Counted from the first letter of the stretch, positions 1 to 10,032 are shown. The stretch is 64,000 nucleotides of DNA from Candidatus Poribacteria bacterium (GCA_965215265.1 OZ244048.1:1408001-1472000); one strand, 5' to 3'. The notes: generated by a model from the letters alone, not told the origin. Numbers and translations are program-made.

Positions 1-979
1 GGAGTGCCTCCGCATAACTCCGTTGAATCAATTCGCAGCTTGCGAAAGCACTTACAAGTAGCAGTAAGGTGGATTTCGGAAGATGAAAGTTGGTAATGAG
101 GGCATCGACAACACGAAATTGATGGCCGGGGTAGATAAATAAGTCACTATTTCCACGATAAGCATGGACAGCGCCTGTACTCCCAGCAGTTTCAAGTGCA
201 CGTACGACTGTTGTTCCGACGGCGACGATTTTCTGTCCAGCTTTCTGCGCTGTACGAATCTGTGCTGCCGCGGATGGCGCAAGATGGACATACTCAGCGT
301 GCATTTTGTGCGCTTTGACATCTTTCACGGTTACAGGTTGAAAGGTGCCAATGCCGACATGTAGTGTCAATGTCACGGTTTCTATTCCTGCTGTTTTCAA
401 TTTGGTTAACAGCGTGCGTGTGAAATGCAAACCGGCGGTTGGTGCAGCAATTGCCCCTTCAGCCGATGCATAAACGGACTGGTAGCGTTCTACATCTGCA
501 GATATTGGTGCCCGTTTGATGTACGGTGGGAGCGGCACCTGCCCGACCGTGGCAAGCATCTCAAAGAATTCGCCCGAGTAACGGAGATGTACAGTGCAAA
601 GTCCGCTTGGCAATTTTTCAAGCACTTCTGCGGTGAGTATTCCGTCCCGGAACGAGGCTCGCGTTCCAATTTTGAGACTTCGCTGCGGTTTTGCAAGCAC
701 CTCCCAGATATCCTGCTGCTTTTCTCGGACAAGAAGTAATTCTATTTTCCCGCCAGTCTCTACCTTTTTTCCAATGAGCCGTGCTGGAATCACCTTGGTG
801 TCGTTCAATACAAGTAGAGAGTTAGGCGGCAGAAAGTCTCCAATCTGGGAAAAATGGGTGTGGCAAAACACAGCTGCACGTTTGTCAACAATCATGAGTC
901 GTGACGCATCTCGATGTTGAAGCGGTGTCTGCGCGATTCTGTCTGCAGGTAAGTGATAATCAAAGTCCGCTAATTTCAT
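1..979 (-). CDS. queA: SAM:tRNA ribosyltransferase-isomerase QueA (runs off the left edge)
   Basis: Not in the ORF track. Manual translation gives N-terminal MKLADFDYHLPADRIAQTP and the motifs AVGTTVVRALE and LITNFHLPKSTLLLLVSAF; it follows ruvB. Confidence 0.93.
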   Translation of the reverse strand, partial: MKLADFDYHLPADRIAQTPLQHRDASRLMIVDKRAAVFCHTHFSQIGDFLPPNSLLVLNDTKVIPARLIGKKVETGGKIELLLVREKQQDIWEVLAKPQRSLKIGTRASFRDGILTAEVLEKLPSGLCTVHLRYSGEFFEMLATVGQVPLPPYIKRAPISADVERYQSVYASAEGAIAAPTAGLHFTRTLLTKLKTAGIETVTLTLHVGIGTFQPVTVKDVKAHKMHAEYVHLAPSAAAQIRTAQKAGQKIVAVGTTVVRALETAGSTGAVHAYRGNSDLFIYPGHQFRVVDALITNFHLPKSTLLLLVSAFASCELIQRSYAEAL

Positions 980-1119
980 ATCTTCTTCACGAAAGAGGCA
1001 TGGGTACGCTGTAGAACCCCCGGTAACTGCCCAGTGGGTGGCGAGTAAAAGGTAATCTTGCCATGAGACAAAGAATACCTATCTCGCCACTTGCCACTTG
1101 CCTGCATGAAATGCCAACG

Positions 1120-2145
1120 CTAAAAAAATAAGGATGCCTGAGAACCGGTCGGATATCCGAAGTATTCATAAGCTGCATCCGTAGCGACACGTCCGCCCGG
1201 TGTCAAAGTCAAGAGTCCCTCTTTAATGTAGTATGGCTCATAAACCTCCGATATAGTGCGTTCATCCTCACTGAGAGCGACCGCGAGTGCCTTAAGCCCT
1301 GCCCGTCCGTTAAATTTCTCAATAAGGTTTCGGAAATAGGTGTAGTCTTGGGCATCCAGTCCACGTTCATCGATACCGAAGAATTCCAAAGCTTCTTCTG
1401 CGACATCAAGGGTTAAAATTCCGTTTCCCTTGACTTCGGCATAGTCTCTCACATTGGCAAGTAATTTATTGGCAATGCGCATAGTGCCGCGTGCGCGTCG
1501 GGCTAGGGCGAATTCGGCCTCCGTCTCTATATTAATGCTGAGTTTTGTGCTATTGATGCGAATCGCCTGCTGAATATCTTCTGGTGCATAGTAATCTAGG
1601 TGTATACGAATGCCGAAGCGGTCCCGAAATGGCCCGGCGAGGAGTCCTTCGCGCGTCGTAGCGCCAACTAGCGTAAACCGTGGAATCGAAATTTGCACAA
1701 CATCTGCGGCGGCGCCCTGCCCAATCGCCAGATCTAATTGGTAATCCTCCATAGCTGGATACAACGACTCTTGGACATACCCTTTCATCCTGTGGATTTC
1801 GTCAATAAAGAGGACATCGCCTTTCTCAAGACTTGTCAAGGTTGAGGCCAGGTCGAGTCGTTCCATGACAGGGCCAATAGCCTGCTTAAAGTTACTCTGA
1901 ATTTCATTAGAGATAATCTTCGCAAGTGTTGTCTTCCCGAGTCCCGGTGGACTGACAAGCAGTACATGTTCCAATGCATCGCCGCGTTTTTTGGCAGCCT
2001 CAATGTGGATGCGGAGTTGCTCTTTGGCTTTCTCCTGCCCGATAAATTCGTTCAAGTTTTCGGGACGCAGGCTATATTCAAACCCCTCGTCTTCAACAGT
2101 CAACTCTTGCATATAAGAAGAATCCGATACGTTGTCATTGGCCAT
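1120..2145 (-). CDS. ruvB: Holliday junction branch migration helicase RuvB
   Basis: LRPENLNEFIGQ, PPGLGKTT Walker A, LFIDEIHR, FTLVGATTR; in a ruv operon. Confidence 0.97.
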   Translation of the reverse strand: MANDNVSDSSYMQELTVEDEGFEYSLRPENLNEFIGQEKAKEQLRIHIEAAKKRGDALEHVLLVSPPGLGKTTLAKIISNEIQSNFKQAIGPVMERLDLASTLTSLEKGDVLFIDEIHRMKGYVQESLYPAMEDYQLDLAIGQGAAADVVQISIPRFTLVGATTREGLLAGPFRDRFGIRIHLDYYAPEDIQQAIRINSTKLSINIETEAEFALARRARGTMRIANKLLANVRDYAEVKGNGILTLDVAEEALEFFGIDERGLDAQDYTYFRNLIEKFNGRAGLKALAVALSEDERTISEVYEPYYIKEGLLTLTPGGRVATDAAYEYFGYPTGSQASLFF

Positions 2146-2200
2146 TGTTGCTACCTATCAACCATGGTGTTGCGTAATTCATTATTCATTGGGTCAGGGG

Positions 2201-2797
2201 CTAATTCTGCATATACCGGAGTGCCTGTTTCACCAAATTTTCACGCTGCGTATCCTCTCCAAGCACCTTCTGTGCCTTTTCTACCGCTTGTATTGCATCA
2301 AGTTCGGAGGCACCCAAATTAACCAGGATTTTAATCACCTCGGTATCTGCTGCACTCGAGCTGCCCGGCTCGACTGCGTCCTCAAATTTGACTTTCCCAA
2401 TATTCTTTTTCAATTTATTGATAATGAGCAGTGCTATTTCTTTACTCAGCCGTGGTACGCGCATCAAAGTTGTAGCATCCGCTCGATGGACGGCCCGTTG
2501 AAATTGCGGTGGTGCCAGCTTGACTACGATGTTTTGCGCGAGTGCCGGGCCGACACCTTTCACCGTCAGTGCCATTTCAAATACCTTTAGCGCATCCCGT
2601 GAAGTAAACCCGTAGAGCGTAATCTGATTTTCACGATTTTGGTAATAGTGGGTGTAAAAGGTGACAGGCTCCCCGATAGCCGGTAAATCCTCGGCGGTTT
2701 TAGGGGGTACATCAACAGCGTACCCGATGCCATTTACTTCTACAATAACCTGTTTCGTATCTTTATGTGCAACAATCCCTTTGAGATAAGCAATCAT
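2201..2797 (-). CDS. ruvA: Holliday junction branch migration protein RuvA
   Basis: MIAYLKG, VNGIGY, LYGF and HhH motif VKGVGP; start moved to ATG 2797. Confidence 0.95.
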   Translation of the reverse strand: MIAYLKGIVAHKDTKQVIVEVNGIGYAVDVPPKTAEDLPAIGEPVTFYTHYYQNRENQITLYGFTSRDALKVFEMALTVKGVGPALAQNIVVKLAPPQFQRAVHRADATTLMRVPRLSKEIALLIINKLKKNIGKVKFEDAVEPGSSSAADTEVIKILVNLGASELDAIQAVEKAQKVLGEDTQRENLVKQALRYMQN

Positions 2798-2974
2798 GCT
2801 GTTTATTCTCTCCACTCATCACGATTCTCAGTCCGGTCTTCCCCGGCAGGTTAAGGTGCTTTGTTTCCGATTCGCTTACGAGAGATATAGGTAAGAGAAG
2901 AGGATTTAGTTCTATTTTTAGTGCAACATCTATATTCGGCTGCGCGCTATCCTCATTAGCTGAATCGCAGGCAG

Positions 2975-3472
2975 CTATCGGTATTTTTCTCGGAGTTCAA
3001 GTACTTTGTAGGAACGCGCGTGACAAATGGCTAGTGCTAATGCATCAGCAGCATGATCAGGACGCGGGAGCTGCTTGAGTTTCAGCAGTGTTTGAACCAT
3101 TTTTTGCATCTGTGCTTTCGTCGCCTTTCCGTATCCGACCACGGCCTGTTTAACCTCGGATGGGGTGTATGTTACAACAGTACATCCGGCGTTTGCGGCT
3201 GCTAACTTTACAATTCCCTTGACTTCGCCAACAACGAACGCGCTGCTCACATTTTTGCTGAAGAAAATATCCTCAAGGACGACAATCTGAATGGCAAATA
3301 AGCCAATCAGCCGTGCGACTTCCTCGTAAATCCGCTTCAGACGTATCTCAGTGGCTGTCCGAGCGTTTGTCCTGATGTTACCGTAATCGCGTGCGGTTGC
3401 AACCATGCCACTGGATTCAACCACCCCGTATCCGGTATTCGCAATACCCGGGTCAATCCCAAGAATAATCAA
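2975..3472 (-). CDS. ruvC: Crossover junction endodeoxyribonuclease RuvC
   Basis: ILGIDPG..TGYGVV, VKQAVVGYGKATK, DHAADALALAICH. Confidence 0.97.
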   Translation of the reverse strand: MIILGIDPGIANTGYGVVESSGMVATARDYGNIRTNARTATEIRLKRIYEEVARLIGLFAIQIVVLEDIFFSKNVSSAFVVGEVKGIVKLAAANAGCTVVTYTPSEVKQAVVGYGKATKAQMQKMVQTLLKLKQLPRPDHAADALALAICHARSYKVLELREKYR

Positions 3473-3514
3473 CCAAACTCCTTATAGCGAACCGGCCGGT
3501 CTCTCAATTTGCCG

Positions 3515-4261
3515 TTAAGCTGCAGCTTCTAAGAGTTCATCCGGTATATCAAAATTCGCATAGACCTTTTGTACATCATCAAGTTCGTCAAGTGCCTCCA
3601 TCAAGCGGAGCATCCTCTCTGCTTCTTTGCCTTCGAGTTTAACGGTGTTCTGCGGGATCATACTAATTTCAGCGAGTTGGATGTCCGCGTCTGTATTCTG
3701 AACGGCTGTTAAGACACTATCAAACATATCAAACGGTGTCAAGATTTCGATGCTGCTCTCAGATGGGCTTACATGCTCAGCGCCGGCATCTGCGGCAACG
3801 AGGAAGAGCTCGTCTTCATCAATGCTGTCGGTGCTGACAACAATCAGACCAGACTTGTCAAAGCCCCAGGCGACGCTCCCGCGTTCCCCCATTCGCCCGC
3901 CGTGCTTACGGAATGCATGTCGAATAGCAGCGACTGCGCGATTGCGGTTGTCAGTCAAAACCTCAATTATCAGCGCGACACCGCCGGGTCCATATCCTTC
4001 GTAAACAATTTCCTCGAAGGTAGCCCCCTCAAGTTCGCCTGTTCCACGAAGTATCGCTTTCTCGATATTATCGTTTGGGACGTTGCTAGATTTTGCTGTA
4101 GCGATGGCGGTGCGCAGGCGTGGATTCATGTCGACATCGCCCCCGCCAAGCCGTGCTGCAGCTGTTATCTCTTTAATCAACTTTGAGAAGAGTTTACCGC
4201 GTCTAGCATCATTTGCTGCTTTCTTGTGTTTAATCGTAGACCATTTAGAATGTCCTGACAT
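3515..4261 (-). CDS. yebC: YebC/PmpR family protein
   Basis: [28 protein letters not shown]; usual position upstream of ruvC. Confidence 0.95.
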   Translation of the reverse strand: MSGHSKWSTIKHKKAANDARRGKLFSKLIKEITAAARLGGGDVDMNPRLRTAIATAKSSNVPNDNIEKAILRGTGELEGATFEEIVYEGYGPGGVALIIEVLTDNRNRAVAAIRHAFRKHGGRMGERGSVAWGFDKSGLIVVSTDSIDEDELFLVAADAGAEHVSPSESSIEILTPFDMFDSVLTAVQNTDADIQLAEISMIPQNTVKLEGKEAERMLRLMEALDELDDVQKVYANFDIPDELLEAAA

Positions 4262-4770
4262 CACCTATCTCCTTTCTCATCTCTCGTATAGTGTTTCGTT
4301 CTGATACCTCTTGATTTATCGATGGAGGTATAGTTCGCCAGAGGCTCCTTGGCTACTCCGCAATTAGCCATCTTAGTTTGAGGGCACCAATGTTCAAACG
4401 TTTTTGCTCTGCAGTTTGGACGCACCGCCCAAAATAGGGCAAGACTGAGTACGAATCGTGTTTTTCTAGGGTGCTCGTCGTGATTGCAGAGCTGGACATT
4501 AAAATAATAGTATAGCATAAACTCAAAAACGGTGCAACTAAAATCTGGTGTCCGGTTCCATCAGCCTCTTCCCAATTTCTGTTTTTCTATCTCTGCAGTC
4601 GCATCAAGGGTATCGGTTTTGTAACCTGAAAACAGGTTGCTTTTCCTAATAACTTAACAGAGTATAACATAAAAACATTACCGTGTCAATTTAAAAATTG
4701 GGTTGCATAAATATCAAAAAGTATGCTAAACTTTTGATATCCATCGTTTAAGGAGTCAAATTGCGTTCGA

Positions 4771-5547
4771 ATGTTACCTTTTGTCATCAAGATTGCGGAA
4801 GAGCCAATAGAACGTTTGTACCGTCTCAACATGGAGCATCAACAGATTGATGTTGATGTTCAAATTGTGCTCTACTCGCGGGACATTAACCGTGAGCAGC
4901 TAGCGCGTAGATTACAGTGGCTAAGGTTAAGCCAGCAGATTTTGCAAGAAGCGATTGAGAGTGCGTATGTCGCATTTATAGCGTTTCTTCAAAGTGAGGC
5001 ACAACCGGGGGAATTTCTGCCTTTTGAACTGCTGCAGCAATATCCGAGCCGCCACTACTGCTTAATCCTCTCGGTTGCTCGTGCTCATGAGTTAGGTGAA
5101 ATTTGTCAAAGGCAGCCAAACGGCAGACGCGCTCTGCTCCAATATCGTGGCTATGAGCTCGCCATTAAAGCGAGACGTGGGATTGACGATACAACTGCCT
5201 ACTTAGTTGCTCCTGAGAAGTATACGGTTTTCATCCGGCAGGTGCGCGAGCAAGACACGATTCACGTCTACCGCAGTAGTTTTATGAGTCTCACAGGGAA
5301 TAAACCGCCGTCGCTCCACCTGGATGCAGCGGCAATCATTGAGAGGCTCCAATTGGAATTGCCAGGCGAAACCGGGCGTGCGTTGCCGATAGGGCAGCTG
5401 CTGATGTTTCCATCGACAACAGAAGAGCTCAATTCGAACCGAATTAGGCGATGCCCTGTGTGCGGTGGCCGCGTCAGGATGCTTGGAAAAGACGGACATT
5501 TCTGCTTGGAGTGCGATTGGGACGATCTGCCGGTTCTAACGTTATGA
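4771..5547 (+). CDS. Hypothetical protein with C-terminal zinc ribbon
   Basis: 258-aa ORF with AAGGAG upstream; CPVCGG...CLEC at the C-terminus. Confidence 0.6.
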   Translation: MLPFVIKIAEEPIERLYRLNMEHQQIDVDVQIVLYSRDINREQLARRLQWLRLSQQILQEAIESAYVAFIAFLQSEAQPGEFLPFELLQQYPSRHYCLILSVARAHELGEICQRQPNGRRALLQYRGYELAIKARRGIDDTTAYLVAPEKYTVFIRQVREQDTIHVYRSSFMSLTGNKPPSLHLDAAAIIERLQLELPGETGRALPIGQLLMFPSTTEELNSNRIRRCPVCGGRVRMLGKDGHFCLECDWDDLPVLTL

Positions 5548-5622
5548 CGCATCTCTTACGCACCGGAATTCATGGTGTCTAGAGCCTGAACAGAGCTATG
5601 CGTAAGAAATCAAGTTTCGGCC

Positions 5623-6246
5623 TTAATAAGGAGGCCCTGAAAGCTGCGACTTGACGTAAAAAACGAAAGTTGTATTCACGACTGCTAACAGTGTTCCGAC
5701 AACCGTTTGGAGAAAGGTGTGCCGCTTCCGGTAAATGCGTGCCCACGCAATCAAGGGGACAAGTAAAAAAAGCGAAGCGAAAGCACTATTTACAAGAAAT
5801 ATCAGTACCATAATACAACCCGTCGTGACACTCGTATGAAAACTAATCTTCCACAACGGCGTAATGGCAGAGAAGACGAGAGTATTGACAATATAGGCGA
5901 TTCCTGCCCAAACGAGCTCCCGGCTCGCACCAATCCGATACAGTATAATCGTCCCTGCAATCATACTCACAAGCGTAAAGCAGAGCGGTACGAACCGCTC
6001 TTCTTTCGTGTGCAGATGAACATCACTGACCTTTGAAGTCCAATATAAGACGGCTATTCCCGATATCGGAAGCACCGTCACAAACACCGTCACAATCGTT
6101 AGCCATAGCAGCGCGTCGGTGGGTGTTTCTGCATGTGTTTCGACAACGAACAACGTTGTCGCAATCGGCACAAAAAACGGGCTAAAAATAACTGATGTGC
6201 CCAACGCAATTTGCGAACGAAATCCTGAAGAAGTACTACTCACCAT
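5623..6246 (-). CDS. Membrane protein, PAP2/phosphoesterase-like
   Basis: Several hydrophobic segments; WKISFH and WARIYRKRHT motifs. Confidence 0.65.
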   Translation of the reverse strand: MVSSTSSGFRSQIALGTSVIFSPFFVPIATTLFVVETHAETPTDALLWLTIVTVFVTVLPISGIAVLYWTSKVSDVHLHTKEERFVPLCFTLVSMIAGTIILYRIGASRELVWAGIAYIVNTLVFSAITPLWKISFHTSVTTGCIMVLIFLVNSAFASLFLLVPLIAWARIYRKRHTFLQTVVGTLLAVVNTTFVFYVKSQLSGPPY

Positions 6247-6249
6247 CGA

Positions 6250-7260
6250 CTATTTTGACGTTTCGAACGTGTTAAGAAAATTCACCAGATCTGCACCATG
6301 GGTACTGGGATTAACCTGTTTATCAACCTTTAGGATTTTCCCAGCTTTATCGATCACAACGGTTATCCGTTTAATAGAACCGTCGGGGGTCTCTGTTGCG
6401 CCGAAAAGTAACGCGAGATGCCGCCCGGTGTCTACCAAAAGCGGAAAGTTCAGTTGATTTTCTGCAGCAAATTTTTGATGGGATTCTGCATCATTCAAGG
6501 TAATCCCGAATACTTGTGCGTCGTGTGCAGCAAAATGACTCGACTCATCACGGAGCGAGCAAACTTCTGCCGTTCAGCCCCGACCAAAATCACGTGGATA
6601 AAACGCCAAAACCACGTTTTTCTTACCGCGACATGCGCTGAGTTGGTGTGTTTCACCTGCACCGTCGGTTGCGATAAAATCCGGGGCCATTGCCCCAACT
6701 TCGACCTGCGGTAAGGTCTTTTTCAACAGTGCAACCACATCTTTACCGTGTGTCTTCACGTTGACCTCTCGATCGATTGCGCGGATATATCCAGCCTTAT
6801 CAATGATGAAGGTGCTCCGTTTGGAGGCGTTAAAGCCTTCAATGATACCACTATACACCGTGCTCACTTTAAACTCTGTATCTGCAAGCAGTGAAAATTT
6901 ATAGTCTTGTGCGTCACAGAATTTCTGATGTGAGTCGACGGAGTCAACACTCACCCCCAAAAGCACGGTTCCTGTCGCTTCGAGCTCGCTCAAATTATCC
7001 CGGAGCGAGTTAAGCTCGGCTGTTCAGCCGCCGGTAAAATCTTTGGGGTAAAATGCGAGAACGACGTTTTTCTTTCCTAAGTAATCGCTCAGGCTGCGTT
7101 CAACGCCTTTCTCGTCTTTCAAGCTAAAATCGGGGGCAACCATACCTATCTGTAATTCACTCGGTTTTTCCATCTGATCCTCCGCTAAAACTGTTGGAAT
7201 CAAAAGGGCTGTCACGAGTAAAACAACCCAAACACGTAAATGTAATAGAATTTTAAACAT
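6250..7260 (-). CDS. Tandem two-domain BCP/PrxQ-type peroxiredoxin, selenoprotein with two in-frame UGA codons and a signal peptide
   Basis: ORFs 7024..7260, 6574..6993 and 6250..6498 are in one frame, separated only by TGA at 7024-7026 (FYPKDFTGG-U-TAELN) and 6574-6576 (FYPRDFGRG-U-TAEVC). Both TGAs are at the peroxidatic Cys position. Confidence 0.88.
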
Positions 7261-7560
7261 CGGGTTATTCCTTTAATATTAAATGACGTTCATGCATATT
7301 GCACACGAAACCAGACCTCAGCAAACACGACTGCTCCATTAAACAGAACAGGTTCCTATTTATTGTCAGCGCAAAACATCACAGAATATCAATCTAGTTC
7401 ATGTGGAACCATTAATTAGTTAATACAATTATAGTCTACTTTTCTGAAAGTGTCAACCAAAATCGCATCTGTCAACTTACCCCCATTTTTTTCAAGGTTT
7501 GGCGTGAAAGGCTTTTCGTCTATTTCAGCCCCATCAAGGTTTATGTTTTGTGAGTTATTG

Positions 7561-7628
7561 TGTAAATCTCGTCAGAGCAATTCGATGTTTAGAATTCTAA
7601 AGATCGAATGGCTCTGGTGAGGTTTGTA
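7561..7628. repeat. REP-like inverted repeat (TGTAAATCTCGYCRGAG family)
   Basis: Arms tgtaaatctcgtcagagc and gctctggtgaggtttgta; related copies at 7671-7685 (half), 8076-8143 and 29859-29917. Confidence 0.6.
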
Positions 7629-7720
7629 AAGATTTTAGAAAAACAGACTGCTTTAATGAACGCCTTAGCACAAATCTCGCCAGAGATTTACGTTGTTATG
7701 ATTCAATACATCTAAGTCAG

Positions 7721-8015
7721 GCAAAAAAAAAGTTTGCCAAAAAGTGTTATTTTCTGATAGAATGTTTTCGTTGATTTTTTATTTCGGAAAAAAAGTTGAC
7801 AAACAAACGTTCGTTATGCGATAATGCAAAACAACTTTTGAGTGATGCAAAAAAAAGTTTGACAAAAAGTGTTGTTTTCGGCTAAAATGTGTTCGTCTCT
7901 TTTTTATTTCGAAAAAAAAGAGTTGACAAAAAAATGTTCATTGTGCGATAATGCAAAACAACTTTTGAGTCAGGCAAAAAAAAGTTTGCCAAAAAACGTT
8001 GTTTTCGGCTAAACT
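7721..8015 (+). promoter_or_regulatory. Tandem array of five sigma70-like promoter units, about 63-bp period
   Basis: TTGCCA/TTGACA at 7734, 7796, 7859, 7923 and 7986, each followed after 18 nt by TAGAAT/GATAAT/TAAAAT/GATAAT/TAAACT and preceded by an A-tract. Confidence 0.65.
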
Positions 8016-8075
8016 GAAAGATACGAATTTTTGTATATCTCGGTACTATACCGGTTTATGTTATCTTAAATCGGA

Positions 8076-8143
8076 TGTAAATCTCGCCAGAGCCATCTTA
8101 TGTTATGAATCAAAACATCGGAAAACTTCGGGCGAGATTTGTA
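8076..8143. repeat. REP-like inverted repeat
   Basis: Arms tgtaaatctcgccagag and cttcgggcgagatttgta. Confidence 0.55.
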
Positions 8144-8760
8144 AAAAGAGACTCATTAAATCTGTCGGTGCTGAAATATACGAAAAACCTCGAATTCAGA
8201 CAGGGAAAAATTGAACAGATGAAACACCGAGAGTCCGTGTACCCCATAAGCAGAACGAGCTGCCCCGTGGTGCGGGGTTGTAGTTTTGGCACGAACGCGT
8301 GCGTACGCGGTGCTGTCGTGTGTTTTAAGTCCCTGTTAAGACGATTGACCCCCCCCCTTACTTCACATAAATTAACCCTTTTATTAACTCAGGCAGCATC
8401 TACATCTACCTTCGTTGCTGCTTTCTTATGCCTGCACGCCTCCCGTCTCGGACGGTGGGTGCCGTTGCGGGCTTTTTTTCTTGTGCGTGCGGTGTTCAGT
8501 TGCGGAGCCCCCGGGCTTCTGTATGCGGACCTGCCCGCCACGAACCCAGTTGGCTTATGCCAACGGTGCCGGTGTGTCAGTCGCCTCGGCACCCTACCTG
8601 ATAACACAAGTGCACTCACTCCTTAGAAAGAATAGAGAGTTAATTGTTGAAGTGGCGGAATCGAAGGCCGGTAACAAGGCATTAGCTACTGCAAATGAGA
8701 CACTGACAGCTGAAGTGACTGCAGCACCTGTAATGAATGACTAATAAAAGCGTGGCCGTA

Positions 8761-10032
8761 ATGTTTAGAATCTTATTTTTATTGCTGGCTAGTTCGCTGG
8801 CGGTTTGCCTGCTCAGCTGCGGATTTATTGAAGATGATGCTGAAGAAGAGGAGGCTCCCGCCGCGATCGAAAGCGTGACACCTTCCGGTGGTGAGCTTTC
8901 GGAAGATGGAAGCATCATAGTAACCTTTGACACCGATCCGGGCGATGTCAGCACCAGTGAGGGGTCTGTCTTCGGTGTGGGTAGGACTCGGGCCATCTCA
9001 GGTCCTTTTAGCCCCGGTGCGCTGGACTTGCGGCTCAACTGGTCAAATGGTGCAGGCAGCCTGACTTTGATTTACCAGGTCAAAGCAGCAAAAGCCAAGC
9101 CGCCGCCAGAGGGCATGGTGCTCATCCCCGGTGGTGCATTCCAGATGGGCAGCAACGATGCCGATGCCGGGAATGACGAGCAGCCTGTGCACACGGTGCA
9201 TGTGGACGCGTTCTACATGGATAAGCACGAGGTGACAAATCTGGAATACAAGCGGTTTGTGCTGGCGAACCCGCAGTGGCAAAAGACGCGCATCCCACGG
9301 GTGCTCCATAATGGTAATTACCTAAACGATTGGAGCGGTAATAACTATCCAGTGGGTAAGGCGAACCATCCTGTGGTATATGTGTCGTGGTATGGTGCGA
9401 TGGCATATTCCGCGTGGGCAGGTAAGCGTCTTCCGACGGAGGCAGAGTGGGAGAAAGCGGCACGGGGTGGGAAGTCAGGGTTAAAGTATCCGTGGGGGAA
9501 TACAATCTCCTCTGGGCATGCGAACTACGTTAGTAATGTAGGCGGTACAACGGCTGTGGGGAGTTATGCGTCGAACGGGTATGGGCTGTATGATATGACA
9601 GGGAACGTGTGGGAGTGGTGCCTGGATGCGTATGATTCGGATTTCTATTCAGAGTCTCCGTCTCGGAATCCGCTGAGTGACGTGAATACCATATCGAATC
9701 TGGATCTGATTGTAAAAAACTTTATGCATATTAAGTCTTCTCGCGTGTTGCGTGGCGGGAGTTGGTACGTTTTTACACGGCCCCTGCGTGTCGCCAATCG
9801 CCTCTGGAATTCTCCAGCGAGCACGTACAACGACTTCGGGTTCCGGTGCGCGAGGGCTGTCACGCCTCAAATCTTCACTCCTTGTCTCAAAAACACAAGG
9901 CATAGCCGGCGCAAAACCCGTGCGGCCTCTAAATGCCGCTCGCGACTTGGCATCACTATTGGTTGCGTACTGGTGAAGTTTCACCTAGTTTATATCGTTC
10001 ATAAAATTTTCTTCACTAAGTTTACAGTATAA
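8761..10032 (+). CDS. DGR target 1: lipoprotein with FGE-sulfatase (C-type lectin fold) domain and read-through C-terminal extension
   Basis: Lipobox LLSC; RLPTEAEWEKAARGG, NGYGLYDMTGNVWEW, RVLRGGSW...GFRC. Start set to ATG 8761 by alignment with the paralog. Confidence 0.9.
   Translation: MFRILFLLLASSLAVCLLSCGFIEDDAEEEEAPAAIESVTPSGGELSEDGSIIVTFDTDPGDVSTSEGSVFGVGRTRAISGPFSPGALDLRLNWSNGAGSLTLIYQVKAAKAKPPPEGMVLIPGGAFQMGSNDADAGNDEQPVHTVHVDAFYMDKHEVTNLEYKRFVLANPQWQKTRIPRVLHNGNYLNDWSGNNYPVGKANHPVVYVSWYGAMAYSAWAGKRLPTEAEWEKAARGGKSGLKYPWGNTISSGHANYVSNVGGTTAVGSYASNGYGLYDMTGNVWEWCLDAYDSDFYSESPSRNPLSDVNTISNLDLIVKNFMHIKSSRVLRGGSWYVFTRPLRVANRLWNSPASTYNDFGFRCARAVTPQIFTPCLKNTRHSRRKTRAASKCRSRLGITIGCVLVKFHLVYIVHKIFFTKFTV
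9741..9853 (+). repeat. DGR variable repeat VR1
   Basis: 113-nt ungapped match to TR; by manual count 19 mismatches at TR adenines and 7 at non-A positions. Confidence 0.85.

Noticed and set aside
6250-7260. Peroxiredoxin (and likewise FDH) as nonsense-mutated pseudogenes
   Set aside because: All three interruptions are TGA exactly at catalytic Cys positions with downstream hairpins.
8105-8744. Overlapping ORFs or a possible ncRNA between the promoter array and target 1
   Set aside because: No recognisable motifs or RNA family. The 8620-8744 stretch may be a gene remnant, but I cannot support a call.
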